From: Vulcanimicrobiota bacterium
Lineage (GTDB): Bacteria > Vulcanimicrobiota > Vulcanimicrobiia > Vulcanimicrobiales > Vulcanimicrobiaceae
Length of the DNA: 64,000 nt
Assembly (NCBI GenBank): GCA_963714015.1
Contig: OY970223.1
Coordinates: 3,008,001-3,072,000, forward strand
Direction: 5' to 3'
In this document: piece after piece, positions 10,840 to 20,772 of the stretch
How the letters are laid out: each line of letters begins with the position of its first letter
Position numbering within the stretch: position 1 is the first letter of the stretch
Notes under the pieces: model-generated
Told to the model about the DNA's origin: nothing
Database searches by the model: none
The model's input: the letters and a program-made list of their open reading frames with translations, nothing else
Program-made: the position numbers and the translations under genes

Positions 10840-12213
10840 CTAGAGCGGTCCGCCTACGCGTATGCGCGGTTCGTGCGCAACGGGAACGTTGGGGTAACTG
10901 CCGGTGAGGCATCCCAGGCACATCTCCTTTTCGCTGCGGCCGACTGCTAAGACAAGACCTTCCAGACTCAGATACCCCAGAGTGTCGGCGCCGATCTTTT
11001 GGCGGATCTGTTCGACGGTGAAGTTGGCGGCGACGAGCTCGTCGTACGTCGCCATGTCGACGCCCAAATAACATGGATGCTTGATCGGCGGCGAGGTGAT
11101 CCGCACGTGCACCTCGTCGGCCCCTGCGTCGCGCAGCAGCTGCACGATGCGCGGCGTAGTCGTGCCGCGCACGATGGAATCATCCACCACCACGACCCGC
11201 TGGCCGCGCAGGTTCTCGATCACGGGATTGAACTTCAGCTGCACGCCGCGGTTGCGCATGCCTTGATCGGGGCTGATGAACGTGCGGCCGATGTAGCGGT
11301 TCTTTATAAGTCCTTCCACGTACGGAAGTTCGCTTTGCGCCGCATAACCGATGCCGCCCGGAATCGCGGAATCGGGAACCGCCATGACGACGTCCGCGTC
11401 CACGGGATGCTCCTGAGCCAGCTGCCGCCCCATCCGGTAACGCGCCATGTAGATCGACTGATCGTTCATGCGCGAATCGGGCCGCGCAAAGTAAATGTAC
11501 TCGAACATGCACAGCGCGCGCACTTCCTTGCGATCCGAACGGATGGACTCGACGCCGCGCTCGTTGATGCGCAGAATCTCGCCGGCCTCGAGCTCGCGGA
11601 CGTACGTTGCGCCGATCGTCTGCAGCGCGCACGATTCCGACGCGACGACCCAACCCTCGCCGTACTTTCCCAGACACAACGGTCGCACGCCCCATGGATC
11701 GCGGAAGGCGTACAGTTCGTTTTCAGTGCACAGCACGATCGAATACGCGCCGCGCGCCTTCTCCAAAACGGAACGAATGCGATCGGTCATGGAACCGCCG
11801 GCCTCGACGAGAATCTTGGCCATGACTTCGGAATCGGACGTCGCTTGCAGCGTGGTCGAGGGCGAAAGCAGTTCGCGCAGCTCGTCCGTGTTGGTCAGGT
11901 TACCGTTGTGCGCGAACGCGAAATCACCCAGCTCCGTGCGTTCGAGCAGCGGTTGGGCGTTCACGACGATTGACGATCCGGTGGTGGAGTACCGCGTGTG
12001 ACCGGCGGCGATATGGCCGCTGAGCCCGCCCAAAATATCTTCGTCGAAGATGGCGCCGATCAAGCCCATGTCTTTGTGCGACCGGATGGTGCCGCCGTCC
12101 GCGCAAGCGATGCCGGCGGATTCTTGCCCGCGATGCTGCAACGCGAAGAGGGCAAAGTACGCAAGCCGGGCCGCATCCTGTCCCGGTGCGAAAATGCCCG
12201 TTATGCCGCACAT
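10840..12213 (-). CDS. purF: Amidophosphoribosyltransferase
   Basis: N-terminal MCGI, LQHRGQESAG, HTRYST, VDDSIVRGTT, Fe-S cysteines. Confidence 0.97.
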   Translation of the reverse strand: MCGITGIFAPGQDAARLAYFALFALQHRGQESAGIACADGGTIRSHKDMGLIGAIFDEDILGGLSGHIAAGHTRYSTTGSSIVVNAQPLLERTELGDFAFAHNGNLTNTDELRELLSPSTTLQATSDSEVMAKILVEAGGSMTDRIRSVLEKARGAYSIVLCTENELYAFRDPWGVRPLCLGKYGEGWVVASESCALQTIGATYVRELEAGEILRINERGVESIRSDRKEVRALCMFEYIYFARPDSRMNDQSIYMARYRMGRQLAQEHPVDADVVMAVPDSAIPGGIGYAAQSELPYVEGLIKNRYIGRTFISPDQGMRNRGVQLKFNPVIENLRGQRVVVVDDSIVRGTTTPRIVQLLRDAGADEVHVRITSPPIKHPCYLGVDMATYDELVAANFTVEQIRQKIGADTLGYLSLEGLVLAVGRSEKEMCLGCLTGSYPNVPVAHEPRIRVGGPL

Positions 12214-12256
12214 GAGACGTTTATTCTACAGCGTGCGAACTCTTCCGGCAGTGCGT

Positions 12257-12919
12257 TTAGTCTCTGCGGCGACCGCCCAGCAGCTGAAGGACCGCAAGAA
12301 AGATGTTGATTGCGTCCAGGTAGATTTGCACGGCAAGCTGGACCGGCGTGAAGCCGTCGCCGCCTGCGCGAATACGCGCAAAATCGATCAGCACCAGGAA
12401 GGTGAATATCGCCAGCACACCCCACGAGTAGGTCGTGGGATGCACCCAGTGGGTGAACGCGGAAACGATGCCGAGCAGCACGAGCGCAATCAGCGCCAAA
12501 AAAACGTATCCCTGAAAGCGCCGCAAATCGAGGCCCGTCGCGTACACGACGCAGCCCATTGCGAGCATGCCCAAACCGGTAGTGGACGCTGCCTGCACGA
12601 CGATATCCGGGCCAAAAGCGCTAACGTAATGCGCAATCGTGGGCGCCAGTCCAACGCCCTCCAGCAGCGCGAACACGTAGAACAGCGCAAGCGAAACAAC
12701 TTGATTCGCCCGGGTGGCGTTGATCGCAAACAGCAGCAAAAAGCCCACGATCATCGCGATCAAGCCCGCGCCGTAACTGACGCCTTGGAAGAAATATGAG
12801 GCAATCGCCGTGATCAGCAGTCCGACCGCGGTGATGCCGAGCACCTGTCCGAGCAAGGACTGAACGGGCACCGCCGGCGCGTAACCGTAGCGCGGCGGTG
12901 ACTGGAAACGCATGGCCAT
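12257..12919 (-). CDS. Bax inhibitor-1/YccA family membrane protein
   Basis: 7 TM; C-terminal LAVQIYLDAINIFLAVLQLLG signature. Confidence 0.9.
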   Translation of the reverse strand: MAMRFQSPPRYGYAPAVPVQSLLGQVLGITAVGLLITAIASYFFQGVSYGAGLIAMIVGFLLLFAINATRANQVVSLALFYVFALLEGVGLAPTIAHYVSAFGPDIVVQAASTTGLGMLAMGCVVYATGLDLRRFQGYVFLALIALVLLGIVSAFTHWVHPTTYSWGVLAIFTFLVLIDFARIRAGGDGFTPVQLAVQIYLDAINIFLAVLQLLGGRRRD

Positions 12920-12969
12920 CGCCTCTCAATACCCCGGGTTCGCCCTGGGAGTTTCCCGGCCGTTGCGCT

Positions 12970-12983
12970 CGAACATATGTTCG
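12970..12983. promoter_or_regulatory. LexA (SOS/Cheo-type) box CGAACATATGTTCG
   Basis: Perfect 14-bp palindrome matching CGAAC-N4-GTTCG, 51 bp upstream of the yccA start. Confidence 0.7.
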
Positions 12984-13099
12984 TTATGCGGCAGGCATAC
13001 GTGACGTTCAAATACCGTTGTCGATACGCGCTCCACGTACCGGTAACTACTGAATTTCGGGTATGTCGGCGTATCCCGCCGTACCGCTATGGTTAGGGC

Positions 13100-13330
13100 G
13101 TGAAGGAACAGCCCGCGGACCGAGTGTGGTCGGCAATGAAGCAAATGGCCGCCAAAGAGAAGGTCGCCGTGAACAGCAAGCAGGCAGGAGACCGGATCCG
13201 GTTATTGCTCATTCAGGAGGGTGCGCACAGTTTGCCCGACACGGCTTTGCGTTTCTTCGCCGAGGAATACGTCGCCATGGTCGGCCGAAACCTGGACTCT
13301 AGAACGACGCGATATCGCTCCGATACGTGA
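13100..13330 (+). CDS. Small hypothetical protein
   Basis: 76 aa; TATGGT -10-like hexamer 6 nt before the GTG (leaderless arrangement); helical protein-like composition. Confidence 0.55.
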   Translation: MKEQPADRVWSAMKQMAAKEKVAVNSKQAGDRIRLLLIQEGAHSLPDTALRFFAEEYVAMVGRNLDSRTTRYRSDT

Positions 13331-14570
13331 GCTTCTCCCGCGCCGGAACGCGCCGGGCCAAGTCTCTCAACGCGTCGTACGCACGTATTCTTGCAGCTTC
13401 GAGGTCGTCGCCTAGACCCGTCACCGTCAGTACGCGGCCGCCGCCCGAACGAATCGTACCGTCGGGCGCCAAGCTGGAACCGCCCCAAAACGCCTGCGCG
13501 TCGAGCCCCAGATCGACGTTCGCAGGCAGGCCGCTCACAGGCGTGGACGCGACCGGATACCTGTCCGTGGCAAGCACCACTCCGACGCACGCACGCGCGG
13601 CGAATGAAGCTGCACCGAGGTCCAGCGCACCGTCGGCTGCGGACTTGAGGAGCATCGCAAAATCTCCGGTGACGCGCGGCATCAGCACCTGCGTCTCCGG
13701 ATCGCCGAACCGCACGTTGAATTCGATCACATACGGGCCGTCGTGCGTCCACATCAACCCGCAGTACAGCACGCCGACGTAGCGTTCGTCTTCGGCTAAC
13801 AGTCCGCGAAGAACGGGCGCGATAATGCGCTCGCGCACGACGTCTTCCAAATTCTCCGGGAATCCCGCCGGCGGCGAGTAAGCGCCCATTCCACCGGTGT
13901 TCGGACCGGTGTCGCCGTCGCCCGCGCGCTTGTAGTCGCAAGCTGCGGCAATGGGAAACATAGCTCGTCCGTCGCTGATCGCGAAAACGCTGACTTCCCG
14001 GCCCTCGAGCTTCTCTTCGAGCAACACCTCCGTGCCGCCGCCGGGGATCTTGTTTCCGCCGTACCATTCTTGCAGCACGGAACGCGCAGCTTTCACGCTG
14101 TCCGCAACGACGACGCCTTTACCTGCTGCTAAACCGTCGGCCTTGATGACGCACGCACCGCTCCAGTCGTCCAGCACGTTCATCGCAGCGTCCAGCGAGT
14201 GCGCGATCTGCGCGCGCGCCGTCGGAATGCCGTGTCGCTCCATGAAGCGTTTGGAGTACACTTTACTCGACTCCAATCGTCCGCTGGAACGATTGGGGCC
14301 GAACGTCGCGATTCCCGCCTCGCGCAAACGATCCCCGACTCCGGCGGCGATGGCGTTCTCCGGGCCGAGCACCACCAAATCGATGCGCTCGTCCACGCAC
14401 TTTTGCACGAGCGCTTTGCCGTCCGTCGCGGAAATGCCCCAGTTTTCGCCCCGCGTCGCCGTACCGGCATTCCCGGGCGCGGCAAAAATTGCTTCGCACG
14501 AGGCCGAAGCGGCAATCCTCCATGAAAGCGCGTCTTCTCTTGCACCGCTGCCTACGACTAGTACGCGCAT
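13299..14570 (-). CDS. purD: Phosphoribosylamine--glycine ligase
   Basis: VLVVGSGAREDA, KADGLAAGKGV, GPNTGGMGAY, EFNVRFGDPETQ. Confidence 0.97.
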   Translation of the reverse strand: MRVLVVGSGAREDALSWRIAASASCEAIFAAPGNAGTATRGENWGISATDGKALVQKCVDERIDLVVLGPENAIAAGVGDRLREAGIATFGPNRSSGRLESSKVYSKRFMERHGIPTARAQIAHSLDAAMNVLDDWSGACVIKADGLAAGKGVVVADSVKAARSVLQEWYGGNKIPGGGTEVLLEEKLEGREVSVFAISDGRAMFPIAAACDYKRAGDGDTGPNTGGMGAYSPPAGFPENLEDVVRERIIAPVLRGLLAEDERYVGVLYCGLMWTHDGPYVIEFNVRFGDPETQVLMPRVTGDFAMLLKSAADGALDLGAASFAARACVGVVLATDRYPVASTPVSGLPANVDLGLDAQAFWGGSSLAPDGTIRSGGGRVLTVTGLGDDLEAARIRAYDALRDLARRVPAREKLTYRSDIASF

Positions 14571-14591
14571 CCGGCTACCCGTGTCATCGCA

Positions 14592-16133
14592 TCATTCCCA
14601 TTCTACTGTCGACGGCGGTTTGCTGGTGATGTCGTACGCGACGCGGTTTACGCCGGGAACCTCGTTGACGATGCGGGTCGAGATGCGCTCGAGTAATTCG
14701 AACGGAAGGCGCGCCCAGTCCGCGGTCATGCCGTCTTCGCTGGTAATGGCGCGTACCGCGACCAAATTCGAATACGTGCGCCCGTCGCCCATTACGCCGA
14801 CGCTCTTAACCGGCGTTAACACGCCGAAGTATTGCCAGGGTTTGGGATCGAGACGCGCGCCGTCGATCTCTTCGCACACGATGGCGTCCGCTTCGCGTAC
14901 CAGTTCCAAGCGTTCGTCGGTGATGTCGCCGATTATTCGCACGGCAAGACCCGGTCCGGGGAACGGCTGACGCTGCACGATGTGCTCCGGCAGTCCGAGC
15001 ACGCGTCCGAGCGCCCGCACTTCGTCTTTGAAGAGCGTGCGCAGCGGCTCGAGTAGCCCGAAGTTCATCTCCTCCGGCAGGCCGCCGACATTGTGGTGGG
15101 ACTTGATCTTGTGACCGGCCTTGCTTGCCGGCGTCTTCGATTCAATGACGTCGGGATAGAGCGTGCCCTGGACGAGAAACTCAACGCCCGGAATCTTCGC
15201 CGCCTCTTCTTCGAAGACGCGGATGAATTCGTGCCCGATGATGATGCGCTTTTGCTCGGGGTCCGCCACGCCGGTTAGTTTATCCAAAAATCGCCGCCGC
15301 GCATCGACGGCAATGACGTTCAGATGCATGACGTCGCGAAACGCTTCGATCACGCGCTCCGCTTCATTTTTGCGCAGCAGCCCATGATCGACGAACAGGC
15401 ACGTGAGCCGATCCCCAATAGCGCGCGACACGAGCGTCGCGGCAACCGCGGAGTCCACGCCGCCCGAAAGGGCGCAAATCACCTTGGCGTTCCCGGCTTT
15501 TTTTTGAACCTCCGCCACCGCGAGCTCGACGAACGACTCCATTTGCCAGTCCGAAGCAATACCAACGATGCGGTGAAGAAAATTCTCGATGACCGCGCGC
15601 CCGTGCAGCGTGTGCACGACTTCGGGATGGAACTGTACGGCATAGGTTTTGCGCGCATCGTCGGCCATCGCCGCGACCTTACAGCGCGGCGTGCTGCCTA
15701 TCGCCTGAAAACCTTCGGGCAAACGCTCGACGGAGTCGCCGTGCGACATCCAGACGCGCGACTCGTCGGGCACGCCGTCGAACAGCGGGTTGCGCGCCGT
15801 CACGTGAAGGTTTGCAGGTCCGTACTCGGCGTGATCGAGTTTGACGAGCTGCGCGCCGCACTGACGCGCGACGAGCTGCATGCCGTAGCAAATTGCAAGA
15901 ATCGGTACGCCGCTCTTCACAATCTGCGAATCCATGTCGGGGGCGCCGGGAACCAACGTGCTTTCCGGACCGCCGCTCAAAATGAAAGCCGCGGGATTGC
16001 GCGCGGCAAGTTCGCTCCAGGGCGTGTCGTGGGGCACAATCTCGCAGTAGACGTGGGCTTCGCGCGTGCGGCGCGCAATGAGCTGGCTGTATTGGGAGCC
16101 GAAGTCCAGGATCAGAACGGTGGAGGGGGCCAT
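14592..16133 (-). CDS. guaA: GMP synthase (glutamine-hydrolysing)
   Basis: [42 protein letters not shown]. Confidence 0.98.
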   Translation of the reverse strand: MAPSTVLILDFGSQYSQLIARRTREAHVYCEIVPHDTPWSELAARNPAAFILSGGPESTLVPGAPDMDSQIVKSGVPILAICYGMQLVARQCGAQLVKLDHAEYGPANLHVTARNPLFDGVPDESRVWMSHGDSVERLPEGFQAIGSTPRCKVAAMADDARKTYAVQFHPEVVHTLHGRAVIENFLHRIVGIASDWQMESFVELAVAEVQKKAGNAKVICALSGGVDSAVAATLVSRAIGDRLTCLFVDHGLLRKNEAERVIEAFRDVMHLNVIAVDARRRFLDKLTGVADPEQKRIIIGHEFIRVFEEEAAKIPGVEFLVQGTLYPDVIESKTPASKAGHKIKSHHNVGGLPEEMNFGLLEPLRTLFKDEVRALGRVLGLPEHIVQRQPFPGPGLAVRIIGDITDERLELVREADAIVCEEIDGARLDPKPWQYFGVLTPVKSVGVMGDGRTYSNLVAVRAITSEDGMTADWARLPFELLERISTRIVNEVPGVNRVAYDITSKPPSTVEWE

Positions 16134-16184
16134 CTTGGCCGTCCTTTCGCCCTTCGGCCCCCGGCCCTTTCTTGCGTCGCCCCG

Positions 16185-16709
16185 TTAAGCGTTCGCGGCA
16201 GAAGAGGTGCGATTCGCCGCCGCAATCACGTCTTCGTAGTCCGGTTCCTGCGCAACCTCGGGAACGATTTGCCTATACAATATGCTCTTGTTCTTGCCGA
16301 TGATGAACACCGAACGCGCAAGCAGTCCCAGCTCCTCGATCAGCACGCCGTACGCCGATCCGAATGCACCATCGCGGTAATCGGACAGAAAGTGCAGTAC
16401 GACTTCTCCTTGTTCGTTCGCCCAGCGCGTCTGCGCAAACGGCAAATCGCGGCTTACGATATACGCCGTAACGTCCGCCGGCAGCTCCGCAACGCGTTTA
16501 TTGAATTTTTGCGACTCCAGCGAACAAACGCCGGTGTCGAGTGACGGAACGACGATCAGGAGCGCATTGCGGGTACCGCCTTTGACGACATCGTCCAGGG
16601 TCACCGCTTGCATCTCCGTATTCACCAGTGTGAACCCGGGCGCCGTATCTCCGGTCGCGAGATCCGGTCCTCTCAGCGTCACTGGATTGCCTTTGAATGT
16701 AACAGTCAT
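16185..16709 (-). CDS. tpx: Thiol peroxidase (atypical 2-Cys Tpx family)
   Basis: VTFKGNPV, VPSLDTGVC, SRDLPFAQ, EPDY. Confidence 0.93.
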   Translation of the reverse strand: MTVTFKGNPVTLRGPDLATGDTAPGFTLVNTEMQAVTLDDVVKGGTRNALLIVVPSLDTGVCSLESQKFNKRVAELPADVTAYIVSRDLPFAQTRWANEQGEVVLHFLSDYRDGAFGSAYGVLIEELGLLARSVFIIGKNKSILYRQIVPEVAQEPDYEDVIAAANRTSSAANA

Positions 16710-16742
16710 CGTTTAATCCTCCCGGGCTCGCGTTTCTGCGGA

Positions 16743-17870
16743 TTAGGTCAGCACCTCTTCCAAGCGCCCGGCGTCGCGCGCCAACACGACCTCCATGGCG
16801 ATGCGTTCGCCGACGGAAACGTCGCGGCCCCACCGGTACGCCGAGTAGGGCGTGAAGCGCGTCCCGGGAGATCCGGGAATGCGCAGGGATACGTCGTAGC
16901 AGACGAATTCCTTCGGCGGTCCCGCGACGATGATGCATTGCAGTGCGAAGGGGCCGATCACGCCGGGCCGGTTCAGTTCACGCGCCACGCGCAAAAAGCG
17001 CTCCCCCATCTCGAACGCCTTCTCCAGCGTCGACTCGGTGAGCGTAGCGGCGATATGCCCCGCTTCCTCCAACCGCATCGGCACGTTTTTCAGCGCGTCC
17101 AATGCGGAAGGGGGCACGTTGCGGAAACCCTCGAGATTGGTCTGCCTGCGCGTATCCGTACCGCATAGTTCGAGTTCGTCCAAGATCGGCGAATAGAAGA
17201 AATTCAAATTAATCGAGGGCCCGAGCGCGTATTCCTCGATGATCGCATTCTGCAATCCGGCGGCACTCAACATCCCCTCGCGCATCAACCGGGTCGAGAT
17301 CGTTTGATAGTCCTGCGGCGACGAACACAAAAAGAACGCCCGTTCGAAGCTCACCTTTGCGTGGGGCGCCTTCACCATGACCAGCCGGTCGATTTCATCA
17401 GGCGACCGGAACTGCACCGGATGCCGAATGCCGGCCTTTTGCAGCAAGGCGTACTGGTTGTGTTCTTCGTCCCGCTCCTCTGCGCGAAGCAGCCGGCGAT
17501 TACCGAACATGGGCACTTTCATCCCGCGTTCGATTTGATCGTAGCTGAACTTTTGATGAAGATAGACTTCGAAAGACCGGTTTGCCAAAAAAATTACGTT
17601 GCGTTTGCGCAATTCGGCCTGAACCTCTTCACGCAAGAGGTCCGGAAACACGTCGAGCTCCAGCGTTTCGTCGACGCATCCACGTGCAGGGCTGCGCTTT
17701 ACGGCGTAATGGCGCGCATACGTCTGTTCGCGTCCTCTCGCAGTCACGACCAAATTGCGAAGACCCTGTGCGCGCGCGCCGTAAGCGACCTCGAGCGCCG
17801 AGTGACTGCCGATCGAACAAAGCGTCAGCGCCGAACGGTCGTAACCGTCCAGCAGACCCAACGCGTTCAC
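16743..17870 (-). CDS. purP: PurP-like ATP-grasp protein (DUF1246/DUF1297), second paralogue
   Basis: GSHSALEV, NRSF, FGNRRLLRAEERD, GPFALQ; GTG start at 17870. Confidence 0.85.
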   Translation of the reverse strand: MNALGLLDGYDRSALTLCSIGSHSALEVAYGARAQGLRNLVVTARGREQTYARHYAVKRSPARGCVDETLELDVFPDLLREEVQAELRKRNVIFLANRSFEVYLHQKFSYDQIERGMKVPMFGNRRLLRAEERDEEHNQYALLQKAGIRHPVQFRSPDEIDRLVMVKAPHAKVSFERAFFLCSSPQDYQTISTRLMREGMLSAAGLQNAIIEEYALGPSINLNFFYSPILDELELCGTDTRRQTNLEGFRNVPPSALDALKNVPMRLEEAGHIAATLTESTLEKAFEMGERFLRVARELNRPGVIGPFALQCIIVAGPPKEFVCYDVSLRIPGSPGTRFTPYSAYRWGRDVSVGERIAMEVVLARDAGRLEEVLT

Positions 17871-17871
17871 C

Positions 17872-18069
17872 TTAGAGCGGCGCCAGTTCGCCGCGGCGAA
17901 TGCAGCGCCGAATCGCTTCTCGCAGTGCAGGCGAGTCCTGCTCGGCGTGCGTGGTGTAGGCATGCTCTACGGCCGTCTCGATCAGTTCCTCGCCGGTCTG
18001 CGCGGCCAACGCAACGCTGCATACGTCGCGATCGACATAGTCGCGGCAGAGTACGTAGATCAGTGCCAT
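17872..18069 (-). CDS. DUF1059-like small metal-binding protein
   Basis: CRD...C...EELI...EHA..H pattern; TATAAT 5 nt upstream of the ATG. Confidence 0.75.
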   Translation of the reverse strand: MALIYVLCRDYVDRDVCSVALAAQTGEELIETAVEHAYTTHAEQDSPALREAIRRCIRRGELAPL

Positions 18070-18092
18070 GGCCCATTATAGTCGGCTGCAAA

Positions 18093-19175
18093 CTAAGAGT
18101 TCAAGAGCTGCCGTGCCTGCGGCGTGTCCTGGTACTCCACTATTAATATACTTTTAATATGAGTGCGGGCCGCGCTCGCCTCTTGCGTGTTAATTTTTCC
18201 CAGGGTTGTGTAAACGTCTAAGAGGAGTTTGGGCAAATCGCGATCGCGCGGATACACTTTGTGCAGATCGTCGATTGCAACGGCAACCTGCACGGCAGCG
18301 CCGCTCTCCTGTTGATTATAACCATAGCCGATCATGAAGTTAACGTGCTTGAGCTCGTTTTGGATTCCCAAGATCGACATGCCCAGCGGCCCGAAGTACT
18401 CGTCGGCCGGGGCGAGCGTCGTAAGCATCCGCGCTTCGGACATAGCATTGACACTGGCAATCGTCTTCAACTGCGGTAAGTTGTCGACGCGCGCCTGCAC
18501 GAGCTTGGCATTGACGACGTCGCCCTGCGTATAGCCGTCGACTCCATGCGATGCATTGAGCACCGCATTCAAAAAAGCCGGACCCCACGTCGTCGGCAGG
18601 TTTGCGAGTGGAAAGTTCGGATCCGCGGCGTGCTGAAGCGCCAGACTGCGCCAGGACGCATCGTGCGTGATCAGCCAGCCGCGCCACTCCGCCTCGACTC
18701 GCTGCAGCTGCGCATTGGTGTCGTGCGGAAACGCCTGGGCATTGGCCTGTGCATCCTGATCGGCGAGCTGGGCCAATTCAACGGGATCTTCCAGGGCATC
18801 CACACGCTCGAGCAGCGCCTTCGCCTTGGCCACCTCCGTTGGATCCGAATTGTTGCGTTCGACGTAGACTGCCGCTTCGCGAACGTACCACGGAACCGCT
18901 TCGTGATTGGTGAGCGGATTGTAGTGGGTCCCCGTTGCGATGTCGACGGTGTTTTGGAGAATTTCCGGGTACGCCGGATCGTTGGGCATCTGCAGCGAGT
19001 ACGCGCGCCCCGCATCGAACAAGGTCGCAAGATAATACTCTTGGTTATAGAACGTCCAGCCTTGCGCATTGCCCTTATCGTAGGCTGCCTTCATTTGGGC
19101 GTACAGCTTCTGCGGATCGGCCATAAAAGCGGCGCTCGTGACGGCCGGTGCGAGCAGCGCGCACGAGCCGGCCAC
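18093..19175 (-). CDS. Hypothetical secreted alpha-helical protein
   Basis: 360 aa ORF with signal-like N-terminus; start uncertain. Confidence 0.7.
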   Translation of the reverse strand: MAGSCALLAPAVTSAAFMADPQKLYAQMKAAYDKGNAQGWTFYNQEYYLATLFDAGRAYSLQMPNDPAYPEILQNTVDIATGTHYNPLTNHEAVPWYVREAAVYVERNNSDPTEVAKAKALLERVDALEDPVELAQLADQDAQANAQAFPHDTNAQLQRVEAEWRGWLITHDASWRSLALQHAADPNFPLANLPTTWGPAFLNAVLNASHGVDGYTQGDVVNAKLVQARVDNLPQLKTIASVNAMSEARMLTTLAPADEYFGPLGMSILGIQNELKHVNFMIGYGYNQQESGAAVQVAVAIDDLHKVYPRDRDLPKLLLDVYTTLGKINTQEASAARTHIKSILIVEYQDTPQARQLLNS

Positions 19176-19201
19176 GGCGGCGGCTAAGCTTCAAGAGTCG
19201 C

Positions 19202-20224
19202 TTAGAGTTTGCTCGAGTCATCTAATACGGAACGTAAGTTATGGGTCAAAAGTGCGTTTTTCAGTTCGCGAGCGATTCGCCTGCCCGTGGACATGGACTC
19301 GGAATAGTTCAGGTACGAGTACGGCGAACCGTCGATGAACAGGTTTGTACCCGCAACGATGCGCGCTGAAATCTCCATCACGTAAAATTGCATGTCCGGC
19401 GTAATGATCGTCTCGATGCAGAAGGCACCGAAAAGACCCTTCGGACCGCAGATCTCTTTACTGACGCGGATGACGTCTTCGCCCATCCGGTAAGCTTCGG
19501 CCAGCATCGATTCGCGCAGCGAAACGGGCGAGTTGCCGACGACGACGTACGATGGGCTCACGTCCATGCCTTCCTGCGCGGCGGCCGGAATGCGTCCGAG
19601 CGAATCGACGTTCGTCTCGTACCGCCGGTCCATGCTCATGATCTCCAAGCGGTTCTCGATCGGCGAGTAAAAATAGTGAATGTAGAGCGGAACGCCGATG
19701 ATGTATTCCTGAATGATGAAGGCTTCTTTCAAGTGCGCGGCGCGCGTCTCGAAATCGTGGGCGTCGCGAATGAAGAGATAGCCTTTTCCGCCTTGCGCTC
19801 CGTACAGTTTGACGATTACGGGACGGTCGATTTCCGAGCCGGCCCTGAATTGCCGCGGCAGCGTCAAACCCGCGCGTGAAAGCCACTCGCGCTGCAGTTC
19901 GCGGCTCGCTTCCCAATCCAAAACCGCCTTGTTGCCGAAGTACGGAATCGTCATCCGTTTGTGTTCTTCGAGCGAAAGGTAGGCGACGAAAGAACCGTGC
20001 GGCACGATGATCAGTTTGCGCTTCTCGAGTTCGTCGATGAGGTTCGGAAAGTCCTGATACCGGTCGATCCCGATCACTTCGTCGACGAAACGGAAGGACT
20101 GATACAAGCGCTCCGTCTCGCGGTTCGCAATCGCCAGCGTCCGAAAGCCCTCGTCATGCGCGCCCTTGAGGATCTGGAGCGCCGAATGCGAGCCAAGCGT
20201 TGCGATGGTATACGGCCGGTTCAT
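19202..20224 (-). CDS. purP: Formate-dependent AICAR formylase (FAICAR synthetase), archaeal-type
   Basis: TIATLGSHSALQILKGA, VPHGSF, GGKGY, DRRYETN, EISARIVAGTN, MSTGRRIARE. Confidence 0.92.
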   Translation of the reverse strand: MNRPYTIATLGSHSALQILKGAHDEGFRTLAIANRETERLYQSFRFVDEVIGIDRYQDFPNLIDELEKRKLIIVPHGSFVAYLSLEEHKRMTIPYFGNKAVLDWEASRELQREWLSRAGLTLPRQFRAGSEIDRPVIVKLYGAQGGKGYLFIRDAHDFETRAAHLKEAFIIQEYIIGVPLYIHYFYSPIENRLEIMSMDRRYETNVDSLGRIPAAAQEGMDVSPSYVVVGNSPVSLRESMLAEAYRMGEDVIRVSKEICGPKGLFGAFCIETIITPDMQFYVMEISARIVAGTNLFIDGSPYSYLNYSESMSTGRRIARELKNALLTHNLRSVLDDSSKL

Positions 20225-20339
20225 TGGAACAGGCGCTCCAGCCGAGCTTCCGCGCCCCCCATTTCATGGGGCCCGCACGGACCTCTAAAGCGGTATCGAA
20301 TCGCTCTGTTACGACAGGACGATTCTTTGGTTATAAAGG

Positions 20340-20772
20340 TCATTCGAAGATAGCCCTTTCGATGGCGGGATTGCAAAGCAAACGTTCGGCGGCCGCTTCG
20401 AGAGTCGCGCGCGGCGCAGGCTCCCTGCCGTGCGCGAAGAGCCGCCAGCCGACGCAGCGCCGTCCTCGGGGCGCTGATTGCACGCGCAGCGGAACGTCGG
20501 CGGCATCCAGTTCTCGAATCCAGACCTCGCCTTCGCGCGGATGCTCGTTCGCGAGGAGCTCCAATTCATGCTTGTTCGGATTGAACAGCGTCTCATTGCG
20601 CTCGACGCGCGCTACGAAGTCGCCGGGCAAGCCTTCGTCATGCAGTCTGCCAAATCTCGGCGCGCTCCAAGCGTCCCACGTCGACGCCCAGACGGCGCAG
20701 TGCCGTCAGTGCCGTGTACGCCTCGTTGTCGGGAATCTTGAGGCGAATTGCTACGGTGCGCAGCGCACTCAT
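20340..20772 (-). CDS. purS: Double-length PurS-like FGAM synthase subunit, frameshift near 20638
   Basis: ATG 20772 overlaps purQ stop; two PurS-like ends (LFNPNKH, LLCNPAIE); position in the purL-purQ operon. Confidence 0.65.
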
